This document shows, one piece after another, positions 27,062 through 37,170 of a stretch of DNA of 64,000 nucleotides. Source of the DNA: an uncultured Nitrospiraceae bacterium (GTDB taxonomy: Bacteria; Nitrospirota; Thermodesulfovibrionia; Thermodesulfovibrionales; SM23-35); contig CAVSHB010000001.1 in NCBI GenBank assembly GCA_963727775.1, forward strand, positions 96,001-160,000, given 5' to 3'. Position 1 is the first letter of the stretch; each line of letters starts with the position of its first letter. The notes under the pieces were generated by a model. The model searched no databases and had not been told where the DNA came from. It was given only the letters and a program-made list of their open reading frames with translations. Position numbers and translations under genes: made by a program.

Positions 27062-28193
27062 GAGCGCATTCCGTCACAAGCTGCGGACATTCCTCACAGT
27101 CTTGGGTGTTACCATCGCCATCCTCGCGTTCGGCCTCCTGAGGACAGTTATAAGCGCGTGGTATGCAGGTGTTGAAGCGTCTTCTGCCAGCCGTCTTGTT
27201 TCAAGAAACGCCGTATCTCTCGTCTTTCCGCTTCCATTGTCTTACAAAGAAAAGATAAGGCAGGTCGAAGGGGTGAAGCGAGTTTCCTATGGCACCTGGT
27301 TCGGAGGTATTTATATAGATGAAAAAAATTTCTTTGCGAACTACGCTGTTGAACCGAAAATATACCTCGAAATGTATCCGGAGCTTATCATCCCACGGGA
27401 CCAGTTGGCTGCATTTCTGCATGACCGCAAGGCAGCGGTTGCCGGCCGTAAACTGGCCGAAAGGTTCGGCTGGAGGATCGGCGACATTATCACATTGAAA
27501 GGGACGATCTTCCCGGGCAACTGGGATTTTGTGCTGACCGGTATATATAAGGGAAGGGACCAGACTGTTGACGAGACAGCTTTTTTCTTTCACTGGGATT
27601 ATCTGAATGAGGTTTTGAAAAAGGCCGGACGTTCCTGGGCCGGACAGGTCGGCTGGTATATGATCGAGATAAGCAACCCGAACATCGCCGCCGATGTCTC
27701 TCTCAGGATCGATAAGATGTTCAAGAACTCACTCGCCGAGACCCTAACGGAGTCTGAAAAGGCTTTCCAATTGGGCTTTATCTCGATGTCTGAAGCTATC
27801 GTGATCGCGATCCAACTCGTTTCGTTTGTGATTATTTTTATTATCATGGCGGTCGTTGCAAATACAATGGCTATGACCGCCCGCGAACGGATCGGCGAGT
27901 ATGCGATCTTGAAGACCCTCGGGTTTGGGGCCTTTCATATTTCCGGCCTGATATTCGGGGAATCACTGGTCATTACAATGACCGGCGCTTTTCTCGGTAT
28001 AGGGCTGACATTCCCGGCTGCGAAAATCTTCAGCAAAGGACTGACCCAGTTCTTCCCGATATTTAACGTTGAACATGAGACCATTGTTCTCGATGTTGTT
28101 GCCGCTCTCATCGTAGCGGTAGTCGCTGCGATATTTCCCGCCTGGAGGGCAATGAAGATTCGTATAGCCGACGGACTCAGGAGGATCGGATAG
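27036..28193 (+). CDS. ABC transporter permease (MacB/FtsX-like)
   Basis: RHKLRTFLT, RERIGEYAILKTLGF. Confidence 0.9.
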   Translation: MQILKLIFKSAFRHKLRTFLTVLGVTIAILAFGLLRTVISAWYAGVEASSASRLVSRNAVSLVFPLPLSYKEKIRQVEGVKRVSYGTWFGGIYIDEKNFFANYAVEPKIYLEMYPELIIPRDQLAAFLHDRKAAVAGRKLAERFGWRIGDIITLKGTIFPGNWDFVLTGIYKGRDQTVDETAFFFHWDYLNEVLKKAGRSWAGQVGWYMIEISNPNIAADVSLRIDKMFKNSLAETLTESEKAFQLGFISMSEAIVIAIQLVSFVIIFIIMAVVANTMAMTARERIGEYAILKTLGFGAFHISGLIFGESLVITMTGAFLGIGLTFPAAKIFSKGLTQFFPIFNVEHETIVLDVVAALIVAVVAAIFPAWRAMKIRIADGLRRIG

Positions 28194-29360
28194 ATGAAAA
28201 TCCCGTTTTCCTACAGCTTACGCAATCTCCTTACACGCAGGCTAACTACATTTCTTACCGCTGCAGGTATGGCGTTAGTAGTTTTTGTATTCGCTGCCGT
28301 TCTGATGCTTGCGGAAGGCCTTCAAAAGACACTGATCGAAACCGGTTTATATGAGAATGTTGTTGTCATACGCAAAGCGTCCGGCTCGGAAGTGCAAAGC
28401 GGCGTAGACAGGATGCAGGCTTCGACAGTCGAGACACAGCCCGGGATCGCTATAGGCGCTGACGGGCAACGACTGGTTGCAAAAGAATTGGTGGTGCTGA
28501 TCGCCCTTCCTAAACGCGGGACAGATAAACCTTCAAACGTTGTTATAAGGGGTATCGGCGTCCATTCGATGGACCTTCGTCCCCAGGTGAAACTTGTGCT
28601 GGGCAGAATGCCGAGGCCGGGTTCATCAGAGATCATTTCGGGGGCGAGCATAGCGAAGAGATTTCAGGGAGGAGGGTTGGGAGAGACCCTCAGGTTTGCC
28701 ATGAGGGACTGGACCGTTGTAGGTGTGTTTGATGCGGGGAATAGCAGCTTCGATTCGGAGATATGGGGAGACGTAGACCAGTTCATGCAGGCATTCAGGA
28801 GACCTGCATATTCGTCTGCGATCTTCCGGCTGCGTGAAGCATCTGGGTTCGAAGCAATCAGGTCGCGGATAGAGAATGATCCCCGCCTGACACTTGAAGC
28901 AATGCGTGAGCCCGAATATTACAGGAAACAGTCCGAGATGATGGCAAAGTTCCTCCGTATCCTTGGGTTGACACTCACGATAATATTCTCTTTGGGCGCC
29001 ATTATCGGGGCCATGATCACCATGTATTCCGCCGTGGCAACCCGGACCAATGAAATCGGGACTCTGCGGGCCCTCGGCTTTCAAAGGAGGAGTATCCTGG
29101 CAGCTTTTATAATGGAATCTTTGCTTCTCGGGTCCATCGGCGGATTTGTCGGGCTCTTCTTTGCGTCCTTCCTGCAATTATTTACCATCTCAACGATGAA
29201 CTTCCAGACCTTCTCTGAGCTCGCTTTCTCGTTTACGTTGACATTCGGCACCGTGTATAAAGCCATCCTGTTTTCGCTCACAATGGGCTTTGTGGGCGGT
29301 GTCCTCCCGGCGGTCAGGGCGGCGCGCATGAATATCGTCGAGTCATTATGGGCGAGTTAG
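28194..29360 (+). CDS. ABC transporter permease (MacB/FtsX-like)
   Basis: RNLLTRRLTT, RTNEIGTLRALGF. Confidence 0.9.
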   Translation: MKIPFSYSLRNLLTRRLTTFLTAAGMALVVFVFAAVLMLAEGLQKTLIETGLYENVVVIRKASGSEVQSGVDRMQASTVETQPGIAIGADGQRLVAKELVVLIALPKRGTDKPSNVVIRGIGVHSMDLRPQVKLVLGRMPRPGSSEIISGASIAKRFQGGGLGETLRFAMRDWTVVGVFDAGNSSFDSEIWGDVDQFMQAFRRPAYSSAIFRLREASGFEAIRSRIENDPRLTLEAMREPEYYRKQSEMMAKFLRILGLTLTIIFSLGAIIGAMITMYSAVATRTNEIGTLRALGFQRRSILAAFIMESLLLGSIGGFVGLFFASFLQLFTISTMNFQTFSELAFSFTLTFGTVYKAILFSLTMGFVGGVLPAVRAARMNIVESLWAS

Positions 29361-29406
29361 ATAAGTTTTTTGAACAATGTTCCCATTATTCGGTTAAAAT
29401 ATAAAA

Positions 29407-30141
29407 ATGGATATAAAACTTCTTAAAGGATTCGAACATTATCTGTCGATAGAACACGATAATTTATCAAAGACCATTTCTGTTTTAGATGAGGATTACC
29501 GGCTTGTCCTGGGGTTGGATGATCTCTACAATTCCTGTTTGAATATTACTCTGCCGAACGATCCAAATATTATGATACCGGCGTTTCTTTATCTGATTTC
29601 ACACCAGGAGTTTTATTGCGGTATGGCCTCCTTCCTGAGGCTGCATAAGACCCAGTCTTTTCGTTGTCTGAGGGCCGCGCTTGACAGTACTTTCACCGCT
29701 TATTACCTTTTGAAAAATCCGGACAAAACCGATATCTACGTGGACAAAAATCAAAATTCTTCGACATGGGAGAGCCTCTTTAGAAATATAAAAGCTACCG
29801 TAAAAAATAATCAAAAGGTCTTTCCGTTTGCCGTCGGCCTGCCGAAGGTACACGATCTATGCAGTAAATTTGCCCATGCGGACCCGGAAGGCATTTTTCA
29901 CAAATACCTCATGGACAAGCAAGGGATGAAACTGCACGCACAGTATTTTGATTTTGAAAGAAACCCCGAGGATTATAAAAAATGGTTTGCCTTCCTGTTG
30001 TTCTATTTCTTTAAAGTATTTTTGATTTACTGGAATGAAATGCTTAAGACCAATGCCGGTAAAAGGAAAAGAGAAATAGAATATTTGATAAAAGAGTATA
30101 AGATCAGGATAAATGAATTCAAGAAAATATATCCTTTATAG
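29407..30141 (+). CDS. Hypothetical helical protein
   Basis: 244-aa AT-rich ORF; LRAALD and HDLCSKFAH motifs. Confidence 0.7.
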   Translation: MDIKLLKGFEHYLSIEHDNLSKTISVLDEDYRLVLGLDDLYNSCLNITLPNDPNIMIPAFLYLISHQEFYCGMASFLRLHKTQSFRCLRAALDSTFTAYYLLKNPDKTDIYVDKNQNSSTWESLFRNIKATVKNNQKVFPFAVGLPKVHDLCSKFAHADPEGIFHKYLMDKQGMKLHAQYFDFERNPEDYKKWFAFLLFYFFKVFLIYWNEMLKTNAGKRKREIEYLIKEYKIRINEFKKIYPL

Positions 30142-30220
30142 CTGTCCGATGGCCCCTGCGACCGCATATATGAAGAAACATTCAGGATCATTAAAAGAGA
30201 ATCGAAAATATAAAATGGAA

Positions 30221-30853
30221 TTATATTTTGTTTGAAGGGCAGATATTGTAAAGGACGCATCCCTGGTGGTCGGGGTTTTTTGCCCGGCATATTTTTCTGC
30301 CTTGGAATATTAGGAGATGCGATATGTTCCCCCATTCAGCTTTCGGCGTGATCGCGATGAGGTCTTTTTCTATCTTGACCGGGTCTTCATTTTTTGTGAG
30401 CCCGAGCCTGTTTGCGAGTCTGCGGACATGAGTGTCCACGGCGATCCCCTCGTAAATACCAAAGGCACTGGAAAGAATTATATTCCCTGTTTTGCGGGCA
30501 ACACCGGGAAGGGTTGTGAGTTCAGCCATAGTTTTAGGGACTTTTGAATTGAATCTGTCTGTGATTATTTTTGCAGCTGCCTGGATATTTTTCGCTTTTG
30601 TCTTATAGAAATTGACGGAGCTTACGTCTTTCCGGAGAGTCTCAAGGGACGCATCTGCATAGTCTTTCACAGTCCTGTATTTCCTGAAAAGGTTTTCCGT
30701 AACCTTATTGACGAGTACATCGGTGGTCTGCGCCGAAAGGACTGTGGCAACAAGGAGTTGAAACGGGTCCCTGAAGTTTAAAGCTGTTTTCGCATCGGGA
30801 TACTCTTTTTTTAAACGCCTGATGATTTCTAAGGCCTTTTCACTGATGTTCAT
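30221..30853 (-). CDS. nth: Endonuclease III
   Basis: LSAQTTD, HhH LPGVARKTGN, AVDTHV. Confidence 0.93.
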   Translation of the reverse strand: MNISEKALEIIRRLKKEYPDAKTALNFRDPFQLLVATVLSAQTTDVLVNKVTENLFRKYRTVKDYADASLETLRKDVSSVNFYKTKAKNIQAAAKIITDRFNSKVPKTMAELTTLPGVARKTGNIILSSAFGIYEGIAVDTHVRRLANRLGLTKNEDPVKIEKDLIAITPKAEWGNISHLLIFQGRKICRAKNPDHQGCVLYNICPSNKI

Positions 30854-32061
30854 TTGCCTCTGATAAAATAATCCATTAATTTGTGTCCTTCTTCGAAAAA
30901 TACGGCCTCGCTTCTTTCCGTAAGGGACTCGTCAAAAGATACATCCCTGTTTTCCTTCTTCGCGCGGCTGTCGAACAGAATAAACGGTACAGGCTCTTCA
31001 GTGTGGGTTTTTACCGCAACGGGAGTAGCGTGGTCGGGCAGTATGAGTATCTTGTACTCGCCGAAGGCTTCCATACCTTTTAAAACAGTCCCGACAACGA
31101 GTGAGTCAATGTCTTCAATGGCCCTTATCTTGTCGGTATAATTCCCGGCATGTCCGGCCTCATCCGGCGCTTCAACATGTATATATACAATATCAACCCT
31201 ACCGAGCGCCTGTAAGGCTGCTTCTGCTTTCCCAACATAATTCGTATCAATATAGCCGGTCATCCCGGGGACTTCAAGTATCTCAAATCCCGCGTTGATC
31301 CCAAGCCCTTTCATAAGGTCAACAGCGGACACAAGCGCGCCGTCAAGCGCATATTTCTGCTTAAATGTAGGGACGCTCAATTTTTTGCCTTGTCCCCAGA
31401 GCCAGATACTGTTGGCCGGGTTATTACCTCTTCTCGACCGCTCCCTGTTAATAGGATGGTTTTCAAGAATTCCGCTTGATCTCAGCATAATATCTCTCAG
31501 CATATCTTCTCCGTCTCCGACAGGAAGGTAATCCGCTATATCTTTACCCGTTATATCATGGGGAGGGGTACATTCTATGTCCAATGAGCCGTCAGTCCAT
31601 ACCATTATATGCCTGTAGCTGACACCCGGATAGAAACTGATCTGTTCCGTCCCGACCTTCTCGCTGATTTCATTTATGAGTTCCCTTGCTTCTACGGTCG
31701 AAATATGGCTGCTGCTGTAATCCTCCATAACAGCTTTTGTCTTGTCTTTATTATATTTGAGGGTTACAAGGTTGCATCTGTATGCAACATCATTTTCTTT
31801 CAGAAAGATTCCTATACTGGCAGCTTCCAAAGGCGCCCTGCCGGAATAGAATTCTTGCGGGTCATATCCGAGTATATTGAGGTTGGCAATGTCCGATCCC
31901 GGATGAAACCCGGGCGGTACCGTCCTGATCTTCCCTATTGTTCCCTCCCGTGCAAGTCTGTCCAGATTCGGTTTGGATGCGACCTGCAATGGTGTCTTGC
32001 CGTTAAGCTCCTTTACCGGCCTGTCCGCCATGCCGTCGCCGATGATTACAACATATTTCAT
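30850..32061 (-). CDS. apgM: Cofactor-independent phosphoglycerate mutase (ApgM type)
   Basis: GDGMAD, PGSD, GRAPLEA, EAPDEAGH, PDHATP. Confidence 0.9.
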   Translation of the reverse strand: MKYVVIIGDGMADRPVKELNGKTPLQVASKPNLDRLAREGTIGKIRTVPPGFHPGSDIANLNILGYDPQEFYSGRAPLEAASIGIFLKENDVAYRCNLVTLKYNKDKTKAVMEDYSSSHISTVEARELINEISEKVGTEQISFYPGVSYRHIMVWTDGSLDIECTPPHDITGKDIADYLPVGDGEDMLRDIMLRSSGILENHPINRERSRRGNNPANSIWLWGQGKKLSVPTFKQKYALDGALVSAVDLMKGLGINAGFEILEVPGMTGYIDTNYVGKAEAALQALGRVDIVYIHVEAPDEAGHAGNYTDKIRAIEDIDSLVVGTVLKGMEAFGEYKILILPDHATPVAVKTHTEEPVPFILFDSRAKKENRDVSFDESLTERSEAVFFEEGHKLMDYFIRGK

Positions 32062-32113
32062 AAGTTGCCTTCCATTCTCTTTTTTATAATTTTATCACAC
32101 ATGAACAGCTGCT

Positions 32114-32350
32114 TTACTCTATGATGTCTTCTGCGGCAATATCTATTTTAATGCCCTGGTCCTTTAAGGATTGAATTCCTTTGCTGAGGTTTTCTTCAGT
32201 GCCTTCAAGCTCAAGAACCATCTCTCCCGAGGTATCCGTAACTTTTGCCATTCTTATGTTCGGCATAACATCATACTTCTTGGCCATAGTAAAGATAACC
32301 GGCTCGTTGATAAGCTGCCGGGGAAATGTCAGCTTAAACTTTTGCTTCAT
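32114..32350 (-). CDS. NIL-domain protein
   Basis: LTFP..LI.EPVI...NIR.AKV...GEMVLELEG; SD GGAGGAG. Confidence 0.8.
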   Translation of the reverse strand: MKQKFKLTFPRQLINEPVIFTMAKKYDVMPNIRMAKVTDTSGEMVLELEGTEENLSKGIQSLKDQGIKIDIAAEDIIE

Positions 32351-32440
32351 TATCTCCTCCTTTGCTTTTATCCCGCCTGCAATTCTTGATAACATTTTAC
32401 TGCAAAGGCAATTTAATTTCTATCTTTCTGTGAGTTTTAA

Positions 32441-32754
32441 CTGTATTTGTCGGTACCGCCGAAGCATTCTCCGTCGCACGTAATGAAAATACTCAAAGGG
32501 AAAAGCGCAGAGTATTTGGCGAGGGAATTTCCTGAACTGGCGAAGAGATATTGGGGGATGCATATCTGGGGCAGGGGATATTGTGTAAGTACAGTAGGAA
32601 TAAACGAAGAAACAATACGGGAATATATAAAAAAGCAGCAGGAAGAGGAAGAAAAAGAAGACCAAAGGCGATTATGGAAAGACAACAGCGAATGACATTG
32701 TCAGGAGTTGTTGTTTCCTAACAAAGCCACCGACAAGGTCGGTGGTAGTTTACT
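32441..32754 (+). mobile_element. tnpA: IS200/IS605 remnant: 3' half of tnpA and right end
   Basis: LSVPPK..LKGKS..WGRGYCVSTVG..IREYI; HUH motif deleted; hairpin GCCACCGAC-AAG-GTCGGTGGT followed by AGTTTACT. Confidence 0.85.
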
Positions 32755-33531
32755 GTAATCTATTAACTCGATTATCGTGGGATGGTCGCTGCAGACAGGA
32801 CATTCAGGGTTCCTTGGGATCTTTATCTTTCTGAAAGAAGGTTTCAGGGCATCGTATATGAGTAGCTCTCCTTTGAGTAAATCCCCCTTGCCGATGATCA
32901 ATTTCAAGACCTCGGCAGCCTGAAGCGTTCCGATTACACCCGGAACAACTCCGAGCAATCCGACACCCTGAGGGGAAGGAAGTATGCCCGGGGGAGGGGG
33001 CTCTTCGAACAGGCATCTGTAGCATGGTCCTTCGCCGGGCATTACCACTGTTAACTGGCCTTCAAATTTGAATATCGCGCCTGTTACCAACGGTTTCTTT
33101 GCCATTATACAGGCATCGTTTACCAGAAACCTCGTTGCGTAATTATCACTGCAATCAACGACAATGTCGTAATCTTTAATAAGATTAAGGATGTTGTATT
33201 TTGTCAACCTTTGCCTGATAGGAATAATATGAACATCCGGATTAAGGGACTCGAACGTTCTTTTTGCGGATTCAACTTTTGGGATGCCGAGTGTCCTGGT
33301 GCAATGAGCAATCTGACGTTGGAGATTGCTGAGGTCGACTTTGTCATCGTCGATTATGGCGATAACGCCGACTCCCGCCGCGGACAAGTAATATCCTACC
33401 GGCGAGCCGAGGCCTCCTGCGCCGACCATAAATACCTTTGCCTTTAAAAGCTTTCTCTGTCCCTTTGCTCCGACCTCGGGCAGTATGAAATGTCTGCTGT
33501 ACCGCTGGAGCTGTTCTTCCGTGAATTTCAA
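32701..33531 (-). CDS. MoeB/ThiF-family adenylyltransferase
   Basis: RYSRH, GAGGLG, SNLQRQ, CYRC and CPVC zinc motifs. Confidence 0.9.
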   Translation of the reverse strand: MKFTEEQLQRYSRHFILPEVGAKGQRKLLKAKVFMVGAGGLGSPVGYYLSAAGVGVIAIIDDDKVDLSNLQRQIAHCTRTLGIPKVESAKRTFESLNPDVHIIPIRQRLTKYNILNLIKDYDIVVDCSDNYATRFLVNDACIMAKKPLVTGAIFKFEGQLTVVMPGEGPCYRCLFEEPPPPGILPSPQGVGLLGVVPGVIGTLQAAEVLKLIIGKGDLLKGELLIYDALKPSFRKIKIPRNPECPVCSDHPTIIELIDYSKLPPTLSVALLGNNNS

Positions 33532-33535
33532 TAAG

Positions 33536-34834
33536 CTAATTTTCTTCTTTTCCTTCGACCCGGATGAGCACTGTTTTGTCCTTCACCACAGGCAGTTTGT
33601 CTATCTCTTCCAAAGCCTGACGGACATCTCTTTCTTTAGCGTCATGGGTCAGTACCACGAGGGGGACGGCTTCGCCTTCTCTTCTGCCTTTCTGTATGAC
33701 AGAAGTAATGCTGATATTGTAATTGCCGAGTATCCCCGAGATCTTTGAAAGGACGCCGGGTCTGTCAAGCGCTGAAAACCTGAAATAGTATCTGGATACT
33801 ATTTCATCGATCTTTTTTATCCTTGTATCCCTGAAAATTCTTGGTATTGTCGGCACTCTTCCTACGGCGTTCTTTTTGATGTTCCTTGCGATATCAGCGA
33901 TATCGCTTACAACGGCGCTGCCTGTGGGGACAGAACCCGCGCCCCTTCCGTAGTACATAGTTGACCCCGTTGCATCTCCGTCAACATAAATCGCATTGAA
34001 CGGGCCGTCGACCTTTGCTATCAGATAATCTTTAGGCAGCATGGTCGGATGGACCCTGAGTTCCACTTCGCCGTCGGATTCCTTAGTGATGGCAAGCAGT
34101 TTTACCTTATATCCGAGTTCCGATGCAAAGCCGATATCCTGAGTGGAGATTTTGGAAATGCCTTCGATATATACGGACTTGTATGAGAGCGGAATTCCGT
34201 AAGAGAGGGTGGCGAGGATCGTAAGTTTGTGCGCGGTATCGATCCCTTCGATATCAAAAGTCGGGTCTGCTTCGGCATACCCGAGGGCCTGCGCCTCTTT
34301 TAACGCCTGCGAAAACTCGACGTTCTCATCGGTCATTTTTGTCAGGATGTAATTTGAAGTCCCGTTGATGATCCCATAAATGGCTTTTATCCTGTTTGCG
34401 ATGAGACTTTCTTTCATTACTTTAATAATGGGGATAGCTCCCGCAACAGACGCTTCATATCCAACCTCGACCCCTGCCTGCTGCGCGGCATCGAATATGT
34501 CGGTCCCTTCAGTGGCGAGCAACGCCTTATTGGCGGTCACAACATGTTTGCCTTTCTGGATAGCTTTGATGATAAAATCCTTTGCGGGTCTGATGCCGCC
34601 TATGAGCTCCACGACGATCTGGATATCCGAGTCATTGAAGATATCATTTACATCTGTGGTAAGAACTCCTTCAGGGACTTTTATGCCTCTGTCCCGTTTT
34701 ATATCGAGGTCGGAAATCCTTTTAAGGTTTAACTCAAAACCGAGCCTTTCTACAAGGACATCCTTATTCTCAAGGAGGACCTTTGCGGTGCCGCTGCCTA
34801 CAATCCCAAAGCCTATAATCCCGACGTTTATCAT
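33536..34834 (-). CDS. hom: Homoserine dehydrogenase with ACT domain
   Basis: GFGIVGSG, VVTANK, GIINGTSNYIL, GYAEADP, DRPGVL. Confidence 0.96.
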   Translation of the reverse strand: MINVGIIGFGIVGSGTAKVLLENKDVLVERLGFELNLKRISDLDIKRDRGIKVPEGVLTTDVNDIFNDSDIQIVVELIGGIRPAKDFIIKAIQKGKHVVTANKALLATEGTDIFDAAQQAGVEVGYEASVAGAIPIIKVMKESLIANRIKAIYGIINGTSNYILTKMTDENVEFSQALKEAQALGYAEADPTFDIEGIDTAHKLTILATLSYGIPLSYKSVYIEGISKISTQDIGFASELGYKVKLLAITKESDGEVELRVHPTMLPKDYLIAKVDGPFNAIYVDGDATGSTMYYGRGAGSVPTGSAVVSDIADIARNIKKNAVGRVPTIPRIFRDTRIKKIDEIVSRYYFRFSALDRPGVLSKISGILGNYNISITSVIQKGRREGEAVPLVVLTHDAKERDVRQALEEIDKLPVVKDKTVLIRVEGKEEN

Positions 34835-34902
34835 TTTTTCATCACCTTTCTTAAGTCTTTTAGAGCCTGTCTGCTGAACTCAAACATAGTCGCTGTACTC
34901 CA

Positions 34903-35745
34903 TCAGTTAGTATTATACATCTCCTCTGCGTTCATTGAACTTCTTACGAGAGGGCCGGATGCAACATGCTTGAAACCCATCGAGAGGGCCCTTAGCCGGA
35001 GCGCTTCGAATACCTCCGGGTTTATGTACTCGACAACCGGCAGATTGGATTTCGAAGGTCTCAAATATTGGCCTATCGTAATAAGGTCGCATCCCGCATT
35101 CCTCAGGTCTTTCAGAACATCGATGACTTCTTCGGACCTCTCTCCGAGTCCGAGCATCAGCCCTGATTTTGTATATATTTGCGGGGCCCACTTTGTGGCA
35201 TATCCCAATAGAGAAAGGGACCTTTTATAATGCGCCAAAGGTCTCACTGTAGGGTAAAGCCTCGGAACAGTTTCGACATTGTGGTTGAAGACATCGGGCT
35301 TTGCACTCAAGACGGTCCTCAGGTCATTCAACCTGCCCTGAAAGTCGGGGGTCAGTACCTCTATTTTTGCTCCAGGTAGACGGCTTCTGACGGAGTTGAT
35401 AGTCCTGGCAAAATGTTCTGCACCGCCGTCCTGAAGATCATCCCTCGTGACGGATGTTATCACAACATACCTCAAATTCATCTCTCCGGCCACTTCCGCC
35501 ACATTTTCGGGTTCTTCAAAACAAGGAGATTCAGGGGGCGAGGATTCGACGGAGCAGAACCCGCAATGCCGTGTGCATTTAGATCCGAGTATCATGAAGG
35601 CGGCAGTAGGTTTTGAGAAGCATTCCCCTATATTAGGGCATCTGGCTTCCTCGCAGACAGTAATGAGCCCATGGCTTCTCAATATCTGTTTGGCAGTGTG
35701 CAATCCCGCAGGCGCCTTTATCTTTACCCAATCCGGCAGTCTCAA
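34903..35745 (-). CDS. lipA: Lipoyl synthase
   Basis: CEEARCPNIGEC, CTRHCGFC, HNVETV, VRSS. Confidence 0.95.
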   Translation of the reverse strand: MRLPDWVKIKAPAGLHTAKQILRSHGLITVCEEARCPNIGECFSKPTAAFMILGSKCTRHCGFCSVESSPPESPCFEEPENVAEVAGEMNLRYVVITSVTRDDLQDGGAEHFARTINSVRSRLPGAKIEVLTPDFQGRLNDLRTVLSAKPDVFNHNVETVPRLYPTVRPLAHYKRSLSLLGYATKWAPQIYTKSGLMLGLGERSEEVIDVLKDLRNAGCDLITIGQYLRPSKSNLPVVEYINPEVFEALRLRALSMGFKHVASGPLVRSSMNAEEMYNTN

Positions 35746-35994
35746 AGCAAACTCCTTTATCCGAAAAAATGCAGTTAGAGGGTGGCAGCTTTAAGTATTA
35801 AACATAAAAGAAATGCCGAATTTTGTCAAATAAAGAAATGGTTTTTAAAATGCTTGTTGTCCTCTTTTCATCTTGTTAATTTTCCCTTTCAAGTGTTATT
35901 CTTTTTTATTAATGATACGGAATTCCTAATCAATTCCGTTGCCTGTCACGCCACGGCTGCAGGCAAGAAAATATTAAGATCAAGGGAAAATAAA

Positions 35995-37170
35995 ATGACA
36001 CACCTGAAACGTCAGCTGCCTTACAGGCCTTCGGAAAGGATGAACGTCGTAAGCTATCCCATAAGGGACATAGTTATGGAGGCGAAGCTCGAAGAGGCCA
36101 AGGGCAAGAAGATGATTTACCTCAACATCGGGGACCCTCCCCAGTACGGGTTTAAACCGTTTAGGGTGATATCCGAGCGGGTCAAGAGTGCACTCGACGA
36201 AAATTGCAAGGGTTATGCGCCTTCCGAAGGCGATGAACAGCTCAGAGAGACCGTGGCCAAGATCGAAAAGTGCAGGCCGGAGGACGTCTTTATCGTTGCC
36301 GGTCTTACCGAGGGCATAGATTTCTTTTTCCATTCGTTCATAGGGTTCGGCGAGAAAGTCCTCCTTCCCAATCCTGTCTATCCGCTTTATCTCAGTAAAG
36401 CAAAGCAGTTTGAGGGTGACAGCGTTTTCTACAGGCACGATGCCGACGGCCAGATTGATATAGGAAACCTGTCGAAGAAGATCGAAGGCGCAAAGGCGAT
36501 GGTGATAATCAATCCCAATAACCCGTTGGGCTCGGTCTATTCCGAAAGGAACCTGTCGGAGGTTGTCCAACTCTGCGCTGAGTATGATGTCCCTATATTC
36601 TATGACGGTTCCTATGACCAGATTATATTTGAAGGCAAAAATGTCGACTTCAGAAAGATAGCAAGGGATAAGGTGCCTTTTATATATGGAAGCTCGATGT
36701 CCAAGAACTTTAGTTATCCCGGCGCGAGGATAGGATGGGTGACGTTCCATGGAGATAAGTGGGAAGAGGTAAAGAATGCCTTCTTTCTATTGTGCAACCA
36801 GCGTCTTTCCGTGAATTGGGAGTATCAGAAAGCAGCGGCAGCAGCCATAGAGGACCCGTCATATCAGGCTTACATAGCGGACATAAGGAAAAAACTTATG
36901 GAAAGACGGGACTCTTTCATGAAGATCGCTAAAGACCTGCCGCTTGCGTTTCCTGTCCCGAAAGGCGCGTTCTATGCCTTCATTAAGCTTAGGACGCCGA
37001 AGTGGAAAAAGGACGTCGAATTCGTACGCGCTGCGCTTAAGGAGGGAGTTGTCTTCGTCCCCGGCTCGGGGTTCGGAAGACAGGAGGATGGAGTTTATTT
37101 CAGGACTACATTCCTGCCCAAGCCCCACATAATAGAAGAGGCCTTCGAAAAAATCAAACGGATATTGTGA
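35995..37170 (+). CDS. Class I/II PLP aminotransferase (AlaA-like)
   Basis: LNIGDP, INPNNPLG, SMSKNF..PGARIGW, PGSGFG; likely start ATG 35995. Confidence 0.9.
   Translation: MTHLKRQLPYRPSERMNVVSYPIRDIVMEAKLEEAKGKKMIYLNIGDPPQYGFKPFRVISERVKSALDENCKGYAPSEGDEQLRETVAKIEKCRPEDVFIVAGLTEGIDFFFHSFIGFGEKVLLPNPVYPLYLSKAKQFEGDSVFYRHDADGQIDIGNLSKKIEGAKAMVIINPNNPLGSVYSERNLSEVVQLCAEYDVPIFYDGSYDQIIFEGKNVDFRKIARDKVPFIYGSSMSKNFSYPGARIGWVTFHGDKWEEVKNAFFLLCNQRLSVNWEYQKAAAAAIEDPSYQAYIADIRKKLMERRDSFMKIAKDLPLAFPVPKGAFYAFIKLRTPKWKKDVEFVRAALKEGVVFVPGSGFGRQEDGVYFRTTFLPKPHIIEEAFEKIKRIL

Noticed and set aside
35782..35994. N-terminal 71-aa extension of the aminotransferase ORF
   Set aside because: AT-rich promoter-like sequence; ATG 35995 gives a family-typical length
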